Source: an uncultured Chloroflexia bacterium
Lineage (GTDB): Bacteria > Chloroflexota > Anaerolineae > Anaerolineales > Anaerolineaceae
NCBI GenBank assembly: GCA_963704755.1
Contig: OY969938.1
Coordinates: forward strand, 480,001 to 512,000
DNA: 32,000 nucleotides
Reading direction: 5' to 3'
Part shown: positions 1 through 9,075 of the stretch, piece by piece
How the letters are laid out: every line of letters starts with the position of its first letter
Numbering within the stretch: position 1 is the first letter of the stretch
The notes under the pieces: generated by a model
Databases searched by the model: none
The model's input: only the letters and a program-made list of their open reading frames with translations
What the model was told of the DNA's origin: nothing
Position numbers and translations under genes: made by a program

Positions 1-1
1 A

Positions 2-718
2 GTAAGCGACTTGCTGGATGATCTCGCGGACGAGGACGGTATCGTCTGCTTGGTCCCTGTTGCTGGAGAACCTTTGCTAGCGGAACGCCTACGCAAAATT
101 CTAGCAGCAGCCTACAGCAGCGAGTGGTCTCCACGTTTACAAGCAGAATTGCTTTCTACCGCTGGTATGGCGGGCAAATCATTAGAGGATTGGCTGCGGG
201 ACGATTTCTTCGCCAACCACTGTCGATTATTCCAAAACCGGCCTTTCCTTTGGCAAATCTGGGATGGACGTATCGACGGTTTTTCTGCATTGGTGAATTA
301 TCACAAGCTCAATGCAGCCCGCCTGGATAAACTAATTTATACATACTTGGGCGATTGGATTCGCTTCCAGCGCGCTCGACGCGATCACGGGGAGCCAGGC
401 GCTGATGGACGGCTGGTTGCGGCGCTCGAATTGGAGAAAAAACTTAAGCTGATCAAAGATGGCGAACCGCCATACGACATTTATGTGCGTTGGAAGCCGC
501 TGGCGCACCAGCCTATAGGCTGGGACCCGGACTTAAATGATGGAGTGCGACTGAATATCCGTCCCTTTGTTAACGCTGGGGTGCTGCGCAGCAAATTTAC
601 GATCAACTGGAACCAAGATCGTGGTTCAGATCTAGATGGCAGCGAGCGATTGAATGATAAACATTTCAGTATCGCGGAAAAAATGGAAGCGCGGCGGATT
701 TCTGGAACGCATAGATAA
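2..718 (+). CDS. pglX: C-terminal fragment of a BREX-type N6-adenine DNA methyltransferase (PglX-like); the 5' end lies upstream of the window
   Basis: The frame is open from nt 2 to the stop at 716-718. The motifs NRPFLWQIWDG..GFSALVNYHKL and GWDPDLNDGVRLNIRPF match the conserved C-terminal pattern I recall for PglX (RP-I/F-Y/L-W ... GF.AL..YH). pglZ and brxL follow on the same strand. Confidence 0.6.
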   Translation, partial: VSDLLDDLADEDGIVCLVPVAGEPLLAERLRKILAAAYSSEWSPRLQAELLSTAGMAGKSLEDWLRDDFFANHCRLFQNRPFLWQIWDGRIDGFSALVNYHKLNAARLDKLIYTYLGDWIRFQRARRDHGEPGADGRLVAALELEKKLKLIKDGEPPYDIYVRWKPLAHQPIGWDPDLNDGVRLNIRPFVNAGVLRSKFTINWNQDRGSDLDGSERLNDKHFSIAEKMEARRISGTHR

Positions 719-752
719 GGAATTATGAAAAATGACGAATTAATCTTCACAG

Positions 753-2091
753 TTGAATCTGCCCATTCCTGAAGATATTAGCGATGAAGACGTTGATATC
801 AGTGTGCCAGAAGAAAAGCGCAAAATTAATGCAATTCCTTCTGATCAGGAAATTCACTCAATAGTTCATAAATGGCAAAATGGCATTCTGATTCTTCAGC
901 CGGATTTTCAACGTTATTATGTTTGGGATGAGAAAAAAGCCAGCCGTTTAATCGAATCAGCGCTCTTGTCAGTTCCTTTACCATTGATTTACCTTTCAGA
1001 AGACCCGAATGGTAACTTATCCGTAATTGACGGGCAGCAGCGTTTACACACGTTTATTTCATTTATTCACGGCAAGTATATCCATAACAACAAACCATTT
1101 GTTCTCAAAGACCTACGTGTTTTCAAGGAACTAAATGGACAGTCATTTAAAAATATCCCGGCGGTTTACCAGAATCGTTTGCGATATTTCACCCTCCGTG
1201 TAATTACCATTAAGCAGCGATTCGGATCCTCGCTTGAAGCATGAAATATTCGAACGGCTGAATACGGGCGCAGTTGCTTTGAACAATATGGAATTGCGCA
1301 ATTGTTTAAATCAAGGCCGAATTTTAACCCTTTTGAAAGAACTATCCGCATATCCTCCATTCAGAGAATTGTTAGGCCTGCAAGATGCCGATCCACGTAT
1401 GCGTGATGTTGAACTCGTTCTGCGTTTTTCCGCCTTTTATCATCATGGGTATACTGGCTATAGCAGCCCGATGAAAAAGTTTCTGAATGATGAGATGGAA
1501 ACTTATCAGAACATTACCGAACAGGATGCGGTTGCATTAAAGAAGAAATTCAAAATAACAGTGACGATAATCAAATCATTATTTGGAGAAAACGCATTCC
1601 ATCGGTATGTTGCCGGAAAAGTCGGTTCTATTGACGGTAACTGGGAGACAAAAACCTTTAACGCGGCACTTTATGACGTTTATATGAACGTTTTCAGTAA
1701 TAAAGATCGTAATCAGGTCCAAAAGTCGGCAGATTTAATCCGAGAATCGATAATCGACCTGATGTCAAACAATCAGGATTTCATTGATGCGATCCTTCTT
1801 GCCACCAGTAATACAGATCGAGTAAAAAAGCGCTTCTCTTTAATGTATCAACTGACCGATAATATCCTGGCAAAGAAACCAAAACAAGCGCGCCTGTTTT
1901 CTTATGAAATCAAAAAGCAATTATTTGATGCCAATCCTGTGTGCGAAATATGCAGTCAACAGATTTTTTCGATTGATGATGCTGCTGTAGATCACATTGA
2001 ACAGTATTGGAAAGGTGGCCAGACGACTGTGGACAACGCCCGCCTGACCCATCGTTTTTGTAACAATTCACGCCCCAGGAAAGACGCCTGA
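753..2091 (+). pseudogene. DUF262 (GmrSD/BrxU-like, DGQQR motif) protein with a C-terminal HNH nuclease, split by a +1 frame break between nt 1204 and 1233
   Basis: ORF 753-1244 carries the DUF262 hallmark VIDGQQRL (nt ~1029-1043). ORF 1234-2091, in the next frame, continues with the DUF262 motif KHEIFERLNTG...ELRN. It ends with a CxxC ... DHIEQYWKGGQTTVDNARLTHRFCNNSR HNH/zinc motif. Deleting one base near c1218 joins ...ITIKQ to DSDPRLKHEIFERLNTG. It has a TTG start and is AT-rich (20/60 GC in one counted line), unlike the flanking BREX genes. Confidence 0.75.
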
Positions 2092-2092
2092 T

Positions 2093-4447
2093 ATGCCTGT
2101 GTTTACTTCGACCGCAATGACATTCCTGGAGAGTCTGATCGAAACGATCCGACAGGCTGGGGTATACGACAAGGCTGATCAAACTCCCCCGGCAGCAATC
2201 CTCTGGACGGACAAAGATCGCCACTGGGAAGCCCTAATCCCGATCCTTCGCACCCGGCTGCCCTTATTATCCCTGGGGAGTTATTCGCCCCAGCATCGTA
2301 CTGGATCCGCTTATTGGATTCGCTGTATGATTGCTGGCACCCTGCCGGATGACATGCTCCCAGACGGTGTCGTGCCGGTGATCTATCTACCTGGAGTTAG
2401 CCGGGCTGATATTCGTGCGATAGAAGAGTGCCCACCGGAATTGCAGCCTCTGTCCGAATTGCAATATCGGGGAGTGCTTTTCACCCAGAAAAACGGACAC
2501 GACTGGACGCCCTCAGCTTTTTTACAGACGAAAAGCGGCGGTATGGGACTGGAGGTGGCCGGGGATCAGGCTACCAAAGATGCAATCAAGCGCGCTCTGG
2601 TTAAGCTCTCAGACGAATCGGTCGAACGGCTGCGAAAAGAAGCCCCATTGAAAGCCGCTTTTTTCGATGCCCTGCTCACACCCGATGATGCCCGCAGCAT
2701 GCTGCTTTGGTTGAATGATCCGGCAGCCTATAAGCTCAAGGCGACCTACGAAGAGTGGCAGGCGTTTTGCAGCGTTTGCAAAGCCAAGTATAAGTTTCAT
2801 CCCGAGGAAGATGGCCCGATTTCCGCAGCGCAATCGCTGGGCCTTCTGGAAGGCAATTGGAAACAGGTCTGGACCCGTTTCAAGGAATCCCCCCGAGCGT
2901 ATTCTAACTTGCCCGGGTTGCTGCGTGCGGCCCGCCTTCCACAGCCCGAACTGTTTGATATCTCTGAAAGCTGGCCTCAAGATAACGAAACCGCAGAAGA
3001 ACAGCTGCAACAACGATTAGACACACTGGGCGGTCTTTCTGCTCAGGACGCCAGGACAACAGTGGCCGATTTGGAACAGCTGCATGGCTTACGGCGGGAA
3101 TGGGTGTGGGCAGCATTAGGGGTTTCTCCATTGGCGCAGGCACTGGAGCCGCTTTCCACCCTGGCCACACTATCCGCGAAAAACCTTGTTGGGGCCAAGG
3201 TCAGTGAAATCGCACAGGCTTATCTGGAATGGGGCTGGAAAGTTGACCAGGCTGTTCTCGATGCTCTTGAAATGATTCAAAGGCCTGGCAACTCGAACGA
3301 GAATATCCGGACCGTAAAAAGCGCTATCCTGGCAATTTATCGACCCTGGCTTGAGGCTGCTGCCAATGCTTTCCAAAAGGTCATCACATCCGGTCCTGTC
3401 GGATCTACCTATCCATATGAGGCGTTCAAAAAGCCGGATAAAGGCACCTGCGTCTTGTTCAGCGACGCGCTGCGCCTGGATGTTGGTAAAAAGCTAGCAT
3501 CCGCTTTGATTTATGAAGGATGTCAGGTCAAAATTTCTTCTCGTCTGGCAGCTTTGCCACCTATTACCTCCACCTCGAAGTTCTCTTTTGCCACAGATCT
3601 GGCCAAGATTAGCGGTGTGAATTCAGAATCTTTGACACCTCATCTTGCCGGAAAGGGAGCTCCTATCACAGCCGAATTGTTCCGGAAGCTGTTGGAGGAG
3701 TCCGGTTTCCAAATCTTGCGCGGAGAGGATCTCGGTGATCCTTCTGGGCTGGCCTGGACAGAAATAGGTGAAATTGATGCCTACGGACACGAGCATGCCT
3801 GCAAACTGGCCGTGCATATCCCGGGCGAACTGTATGCCCTACGCGACCGGATCGAGACCCTGTTGAATTTTGGCTGGAAAAAGGTGATTGTGGTCACCGA
3901 TCACGGCTGGTTGTTGCTGCCTGGAGGGTTGCCGAAAACGAGTCTTATAGAGGGGCTGACCGACATTCGCAAGGGCCGTTGCGCAAGAATTAAGGAAGGG
4001 GCGCTGATAGATGATCAACAAATCGTGCCCTGGTTCTGGGACAAAGATGCGCGCATCTCCGAAGCGCCAGGAATTTACTGTTATGAGGCAGGCAAAGAGT
4101 ATGAACACGGTGGGCTGAGCCCACAAGAATGCATCACGCCGGTGTTAGAGGTGACGAAAGGCAGTGATGAGATGGAAACGCCGGTCACAATCGAGGCGAT
4201 GAAGTGGCGAGGGCTGCGTTTCAGCGCCAAAATCGGCGGTATCCGATCGGGTATGACCATCGATATCCGTGAAAAAGCAGGGGATGCCTCTTCTTCGATT
4301 GTTTCCGCCACCGCCAGCCCGGCAGAAAAAGGCGAGGTCTCATTGATCATCGAAGATGAAGACAAACAGGGTACGGCGGCTTTTGTTGTGGCGCTTACCG
4401 CGGCCGGGGTCGTTTGCGCACAGACATTAACCATCATCGGGGAATAA
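2093..4447 (+). CDS. pglZ: BREX alkaline-phosphatase-superfamily protein PglZ
   Basis: 784 aa. The PglZ-domain core is VLFSDALRLD ... GHEHA ... VIVVTDHGWLL. The ATG lies 1 nt after the DUF262/HNH stop, and brxL follows 3 nt after its own stop. Confidence 0.85.
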   Translation: MPVFTSTAMTFLESLIETIRQAGVYDKADQTPPAAILWTDKDRHWEALIPILRTRLPLLSLGSYSPQHRTGSAYWIRCMIAGTLPDDMLPDGVVPVIYLPGVSRADIRAIEECPPELQPLSELQYRGVLFTQKNGHDWTPSAFLQTKSGGMGLEVAGDQATKDAIKRALVKLSDESVERLRKEAPLKAAFFDALLTPDDARSMLLWLNDPAAYKLKATYEEWQAFCSVCKAKYKFHPEEDGPISAAQSLGLLEGNWKQVWTRFKESPRAYSNLPGLLRAARLPQPELFDISESWPQDNETAEEQLQQRLDTLGGLSAQDARTTVADLEQLHGLRREWVWAALGVSPLAQALEPLSTLATLSAKNLVGAKVSEIAQAYLEWGWKVDQAVLDALEMIQRPGNSNENIRTVKSAILAIYRPWLEAAANAFQKVITSGPVGSTYPYEAFKKPDKGTCVLFSDALRLDVGKKLASALIYEGCQVKISSRLAALPPITSTSKFSFATDLAKISGVNSESLTPHLAGKGAPITAELFRKLLEESGFQILRGEDLGDPSGLAWTEIGEIDAYGHEHACKLAVHIPGELYALRDRIETLLNFGWKKVIVVTDHGWLLLPGGLPKTSLIEGLTDIRKGRCARIKEGALIDDQQIVPWFWDKDARISEAPGIYCYEAGKEYEHGGLSPQECITPVLEVTKGSDEMETPVTIEAMKWRGLRFSAKIGGIRSGMTIDIREKAGDASSSIVSATASPAEKGEVSLIIEDEDKQGTAAFVVALTAAGVVCAQTLTIIGE

Positions 4448-4450
4448 AAC

Positions 4451-6496
4451 ATGGAACTGGACCATCTGGATCAACTGGCTGCCACAGCATTTGAAGGCTA
4501 CACCGTACGCAAGGATCTTGCGCTGCGCTTCCGCGGCCAGTATCCTGTGCCAACCTACGTGGGTGAATTCCTGCTCGGGCGGTACTGTGCCAGCACCAAC
4601 GACCAGGAAATCACTGAAGGACTGGCGATCGTTGAGCGCCAGATGCGCGAGCGCACGGTTCGTCCAGGCGAAGAGGAGCTGTTCAAATCCAGGGCACGCG
4701 AGAAAGGCTCGATCAAACTGATTGACTTGATCACCGCCAGGCTCGATTCTTCCACCGATTCCTATCTTGCCAGCCTGCCCAGCCTGCGCCTGACCGATGC
4801 CCGGATCGAACCCGATGTGGTCGCGGCCAACGAGCGCATGCTTACCGGCGGTTTTTATGCCGAAATTACACTGGAGTATGACGCTTCGATCGCCCAGGAA
4901 AAGAACGGCAGGCCGTTTGGGATTAACAGTCTGCGCCCGATCCAGCTCTCCAAACGCGGCGTGTTCGATGAACTGGCCAAAGGCAGGCAAGCGTTTACCA
5001 CTACCGAATGGAAGGAGCTCCTGCTGCGCAGCATTGGGTTCGAGCCAGCTGCGCTGACCCCTCGTGCCCAAGACGTGCTCTTGCTGCGCATGGTCCCATT
5101 TGTCGAGCGCAATTACAACGTGGTCGAGCTCGGACCGCGAGGCACGGGTAAATCTCACCTCTATCAGCAGGTATCACCTTACTCACACCTGGTCTCAGGT
5201 GGTAAGGCAACTGTGGCGCGCATGTTTGTCAACAACAGCAATGGCGCGCGCGGCCTGGTCTGCCAGTACGATGTGGTCTGCTTTGACGAAGTCTCGGGGA
5301 TTTCTTTCGATCAAAAAGATGGCGTCAACATCATGAAGGGGTACATGGAGTCCGGTGAGTTCAGCCGCGGTCGCGAAAGCATCCGCGCCTTCGGCAGCAT
5401 CGTCTTGCTGGGCAACTTTGATGTTGACGTTGAGCACCAACAGCGCATTGGCCACCTGTTTGGTCCAATGCCCCCGGAGATGCGAAATGACACCGCCTTT
5501 ATGGACCGCATCCATGCCTTTTTGCCCGGCTGGGACATTCCCAAGATGGATAAGTCGCTTTTCACCAGCCACTTTGGCCTGGTTAGCGATTTCCTTTCAG
5601 AGTGTTTTGACCAGTTGCGCATTCAAAGTCGACTGAATGTGTTGCAGAACAGGGTGAATTTCGGGGGGGCTCTCAGTGGGCGTGACACCAACGCGGTCAA
5701 TCACACGATCAATGGGCTGCTTAAACTGGTCTATCCTAATCCGGAAATGCCCATTTCCGATGAGGACATCGAATGGGCGGTGCGCCTGGCGATGGAGTGC
5801 CGCAGGCGGGTCAAGGAGCAGCAAAAGCGCATCGGCTCGGCAGAGTTCCGCAATACGCATTTCAGCTATACCATCGGTCAGGAAGGCGTTGAGAAATTCG
5901 TTGTCACCCCAGAACTGCGCAGTGAGAAATCTATTGGTAGCGATCCATTGGCGCCTGGCCAGGTCTGGACGATCAGCCCCGGTGGTCAGGATGAAAATGC
6001 CGGGCTGTTCCGTATCGAGGTCAACGAAGGCCCGGGGAACGGAGTGCGGATCGTCAACGTCCCTGCGCCAGGGCCTTTCCGCGAAAGCGTCAAAACCGGT
6101 GAGCAGAACCTGTTGTCCCGCGCTCGCGAACTGGTCGGGGATCGCGATCCCCGCGAGCACGAATTCACCGTGCAACTGCTCGCTTTCGACACTGCTCGGA
6201 CTGGTTCTTCAGTTGGGCTGGCTGTTCTACTGGCATTTTGCAGTGCGCTGCTCAAGAAAAGCTTGAAGGGCGGATTGATCGTGGTCGGAGGTTTAAACCT
6301 GGGCGGCGGGATTGACCCAGTTTACAACGCCGTAAACGTCGCCGAACTGGCGATTGAAAAAGGCGCCACCACCCTGCTGGCGCCGATCTCGGCTCGCAGG
6401 CAGCTCAATGATCTGTCCGATGATATGGCGATGAAGATCAGTATTCTTTTTTATGCCGATGCGAGGGAAGCCTTGTTAAAAGCTCTTGTAGAATAA
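4451..6496 (+). CDS. brxL: BREX Lon-like protease/ATPase BrxL
   Basis: 681 aa. It has a P-loop (LGPRGTGKSHLYQQVSPYSHLVSGGKATVARMFVNN), a Walker-B-like VVCFDEV, and a C-terminal Lon-like domain (GSSVGLAVLLAFCSALL ... GLNLGGGI). It is the last gene of the pglX-pglZ-brxL order typical of type-1 BREX. Confidence 0.85.
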   Translation: MELDHLDQLAATAFEGYTVRKDLALRFRGQYPVPTYVGEFLLGRYCASTNDQEITEGLAIVERQMRERTVRPGEEELFKSRAREKGSIKLIDLITARLDSSTDSYLASLPSLRLTDARIEPDVVAANERMLTGGFYAEITLEYDASIAQEKNGRPFGINSLRPIQLSKRGVFDELAKGRQAFTTTEWKELLLRSIGFEPAALTPRAQDVLLLRMVPFVERNYNVVELGPRGTGKSHLYQQVSPYSHLVSGGKATVARMFVNNSNGARGLVCQYDVVCFDEVSGISFDQKDGVNIMKGYMESGEFSRGRESIRAFGSIVLLGNFDVDVEHQQRIGHLFGPMPPEMRNDTAFMDRIHAFLPGWDIPKMDKSLFTSHFGLVSDFLSECFDQLRIQSRLNVLQNRVNFGGALSGRDTNAVNHTINGLLKLVYPNPEMPISDEDIEWAVRLAMECRRRVKEQQKRIGSAEFRNTHFSYTIGQEGVEKFVVTPELRSEKSIGSDPLAPGQVWTISPGGQDENAGLFRIEVNEGPGNGVRIVNVPAPGPFRESVKTGEQNLLSRARELVGDRDPREHEFTVQLLAFDTARTGSSVGLAVLLAFCSALLKKSLKGGLIVVGGLNLGGGIDPVYNAVNVAELAIEKGATTLLAPISARRQLNDLSDDMAMKISILFYADAREALLKALVE

Positions 6497-6590
6497 AGAC
6501 ACCAATATTCGGAGATTGTTGGAAAAATCATTCGATTCTTTGTTTATTAATTGTTGAAAGCAATTTAGATAACAAGGAGACCGCAATGAT

Positions 6591-7028
6591 GTGAGCAACG
6601 AATCAATAAAAAAGGTACAAACTCTGAACGATTTACGAGCTTTACTTACCCAAGACGAAACGGGGCGTGAAGATTATTTGTACCCCCACCTTGAGTTTGG
6701 TGATATGTGGTGGATTCCTGATCAGATTACGCGTTTTTCGAATACCAAGGAAAAACATCCCTGGGTAATCGTCACCGGGTATTCACCTCGAATAGCGAGT
6801 GTAATTGTAAGTCCTCGAACAAGCTCTTTTCGGTCGAATCAATTATCCCGCGGTTTACTAACCCCTGCTAACATCTTACCAGGCCTTGATAGAGAGGGAC
6901 TTCTTGTGCTCACCCTTAGGCGTCCATTTGCTACCGCGAAATTTAGTGATTTCGAATATATTGGTAGATTGCCCAAATCCTGGATCAAACAGATCCGAAA
7001 ATTCCTACAAGCTGGTAGCAGAGGGTAA
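6591..7028 (+). CDS. PemK/MazF-like (SH3-fold toxin-like) protein
   Basis: 145 aa. The GTG start lies 10 nt after the AAGGAGA Shine-Dalgarno sequence (6574-6580). The pattern GDMWWIP..KEKHPWVIV..ASVIVSPRTSS..GLLVLTLRRPF..YIGRLPKSWIKQIRKFL follows the PemK/MazF layout (GD-I-W, K.RP.VVV, V.P.TS, IG.L....M..I...L). Confidence 0.5.
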   Translation: MSNESIKKVQTLNDLRALLTQDETGREDYLYPHLEFGDMWWIPDQITRFSNTKEKHPWVIVTGYSPRIASVIVSPRTSSFRSNQLSRGLLTPANILPGLDREGLLVLTLRRPFATAKFSDFEYIGRLPKSWIKQIRKFLQAGSRG

Positions 7029-7034
7029 AAAAAT

Positions 7035-8063
7035 ATGATAAATGCCCCTGTTTTCTCTGACTACCTAAATGAATACCAATCGATTGGTATAGGCCAGTTG
7101 ATTTATGACCTCATCTATCGAACTGTAGAAAGGACAGTCCATCGCTATCCACCCAGTGTTTATTCAAAGAACCAAGCCTGGGATGAAGACGCAATTTCCG
7201 GGATATGCCATGATTTTATAATAGAAAAACTTCTAATCAAGGGGTGGCTTGATTTTTACTTATTTTCATTGAGCGAGATTGATGGTCTCAAAAGAGTATT
7301 AAAGCGTGATTTTCGCCATTATTTGATAAACAAGAAGGCACACACAGAAAAAACGAACCTGTATCTCCGAGTGAAGAAGATCTTAAACACCTCTACAAGA
7401 TTTACCACTTTACAGGAGAATGGCACTCGTGGAGTTTTTTGGGGACTTACGGGATGGGATCGTAGGAGCGTTACGCAAGACCCATATGAAGTGACTAAAG
7501 CAATGATCTTAGTGCAACTGCCAGACATGATTCGTTATCGCCCTGATAGTCACAAGGTTTCGCCATTATTAAGCAATCCTGATTTGACTCAAATGATTGA
7601 GGGCGCTCTTTTCTTCTTGGATAAATGGACAACCTTTGATGTTTTGTTTGATTCAATTTGCAATCGCTTAGGTATTATTACAGATGAGGTTATCTCTTTT
7701 GATGAGCCAATTGGAGAAGACACCGGATCAACCTTCGCGGATATTATTGCCGATCCGGAAAATTCCATTGAAACTGATTTGTCCGCTAAACAAACCGCCG
7801 AGGATATCTACAATCGCTTATCTGATCGGCAAAGAGAAGTTTTAGCGCTTCAGTTCGAACTGCAAAACCCTACTCTTGTTGATATCGGCGAGAAAATCGG
7901 TGTTTCAAAAAGTACGGTGAGTAACGAAATGTCGGCCATTGAACGAATAATCAGGAATAGTCATCCTAGTCAATTAGAGGTAGATGACGTTTTCCTGGCA
8001 TTGAAAGAAATCTTTGCGGCTAATACTCACCGATCTATCTTGGATACAAAAAGAGAGTTTTGA
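7035..8063 (+). CDS. Sigma-70 family (ECF-like) sigma-factor-like protein with a large insertion between regions 2 and 4
   Basis: 342 aa. The C-terminus LSDRQREVLALQFELQNPTLVDIGEKIGVSKSTVSNEMSAIERII (nt ~7818-7955) is a typical sigma region-4 HTH. The N-terminus AWDEDAISGICHDFIIEKLL ... FRHYLINKK is region-2-like. The start lies 6 nt after the upstream stop. Confidence 0.5.
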   Translation: MINAPVFSDYLNEYQSIGIGQLIYDLIYRTVERTVHRYPPSVYSKNQAWDEDAISGICHDFIIEKLLIKGWLDFYLFSLSEIDGLKRVLKRDFRHYLINKKAHTEKTNLYLRVKKILNTSTRFTTLQENGTRGVFWGLTGWDRRSVTQDPYEVTKAMILVQLPDMIRYRPDSHKVSPLLSNPDLTQMIEGALFFLDKWTTFDVLFDSICNRLGIITDEVISFDEPIGEDTGSTFADIIADPENSIETDLSAKQTAEDIYNRLSDRQREVLALQFELQNPTLVDIGEKIGVSKSTVSNEMSAIERIIRNSHPSQLEVDDVFLALKEIFAANTHRSILDTKREF

Positions 8064-8064
8064 A

Positions 8065-9066
8065 ATGAATACATCCAAAGTTCCGAATGATATAAGCGAA
8101 CTCTCACGCTTAAAGGCCGTGAATTTCTATCGGCAATCACAGAAATCTACACCGAGTGAATTGGAACCCGGTCAAATTTGGTCTACCCACTCTTCATTCC
8201 AGCTGCCTAACAACGAGCAATTCCACACCGATGAGCCTAAGATGGTAGTAATCCTTTTGGGAAGCGGGGCACGTTCAAAGAGGTTTGAATCAATAACAGT
8301 CGCTCCTATTTCAAATCTTACCTCAATGGCTTCAGAATTCGATTTTATTATCAGGAAAGATGAAAAAAACTCATCTTCTTTTACCTTTGATATGATGATC
8401 GAAGTATGGAATGAAACGCCTGCATTAAAAGGCCAGCTAAAGAACTTCATCGGTTCTCTTCCAGATGAAGCTATCAAATCTTTGCATCAATTGTATTCTT
8501 CGAGATTACTCGGTACGGAAATTCCTGAGAATTTGAAGAACAGAATTGGATTGAGCATCATTGCCGAGGATGACCCTCGTCTTTCATTTCAGGAAGATGA
8601 AATCAACGCTGCATCTTATCTGGCTAATGCTGCAACTGCATCTCTGAGTTTAGACATCGTAGAAGAAGAAAGCCCCGTCGAATTTTCTGATTGGCTCAAA
8701 CTTGACATTGTTCCATTTCTGGGAAGGTTATCAAGCTTTCTGAACAACCCGATTGTGGCTAGCGCGGCCAACAACATCGATTCCGAAATAGAGCAGTGCT
8801 TAATTGTGCAATTAGAAAAGAGAGAAAAGCTGATCTTTGAATTGCTCAATAGTCGCATGCGCCCCTATATGATTTACCTGAAGGCTTATTCCATCGCGCC
8901 TGAATTTATTGGGCGGAAATGCTTTGTTTCGGTCATTACAAATGAGCATAAATATTCTTCCCAAATCATCTCATTACGCGAAGATATCACTATTGAGGTG
9001 GGAAATGACGCTCATTTTCGATGTGAGAATGTGGAATCTGTAGAATTCGCAATTGAGCCTCGGTAG
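8065..9066 (+). CDS. Hypothetical protein with an N-terminal PemK/MazF-like fold signature and an unknown C-terminal half
   Basis: The ATG at 8065 lies 1 nt after the upstream stop (the ORF track's 8014 start overlaps the previous gene). The pattern GQIWSTH..PKMVVILL..ITVAPISN..DMMIEVWNETPALKGQL..FIGSLPDEAIKSLHQLY parallels the 6591-7028 product. Confidence 0.45.
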   Translation: MNTSKVPNDISELSRLKAVNFYRQSQKSTPSELEPGQIWSTHSSFQLPNNEQFHTDEPKMVVILLGSGARSKRFESITVAPISNLTSMASEFDFIIRKDEKNSSSFTFDMMIEVWNETPALKGQLKNFIGSLPDEAIKSLHQLYSSRLLGTEIPENLKNRIGLSIIAEDDPRLSFQEDEINAASYLANAATASLSLDIVEEESPVEFSDWLKLDIVPFLGRLSSFLNNPIVASAANNIDSEIEQCLIVQLEKREKLIFELLNSRMRPYMIYLKAYSIAPEFIGRKCFVSVITNEHKYSSQIISLREDITIEVGNDAHFRCENVESVEFAIEPR

Positions 9067-9075
9067 GAAGAAAAC

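Noticed and set aside
124-750. ORFs 124-330 plus and 481-750 minus, overlapping the pglX fragment
   Set aside because: They are shadow ORFs inside the PglX frame and have no motifs.
2609-4452. Short ORFs overlapping pglZ on both strands (2609-3013, 2715-3020, 2904-3170, 3839-4126, 4081-4452 and others)
   Set aside because: They are shadow ORFs within the pglZ coding frame and have no independent signals.
4427-6266. Long antisense and off-frame ORFs inside brxL (4427-5158 minus, 5195-5572 minus, 5597-6175 minus, 5676-6266 plus, and others)
   Set aside because: They lie wholly inside the well-supported brxL frame. Their products are Arg/Ala/Gly/Pro-rich with no motifs, which is typical of shadow ORFs in GC-rich DNA.
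6515-6565. TGTTGG-containing sequences at the left island border as the matching transposon left end
   Set aside because: Only the TGTTG(G) core is shared with the 16-bp right-side repeats, and the flanking positions do not match. This could easily be chance in AT-rich DNA.
8014-8064. Upstream start at 8014 for the 350-aa ORF
   Set aside because: It would overlap the sigma-like gene by 50 nt. The ATG at 8065 sits 1 nt after that gene's stop, matching the tight spacing of the rest of the operon.
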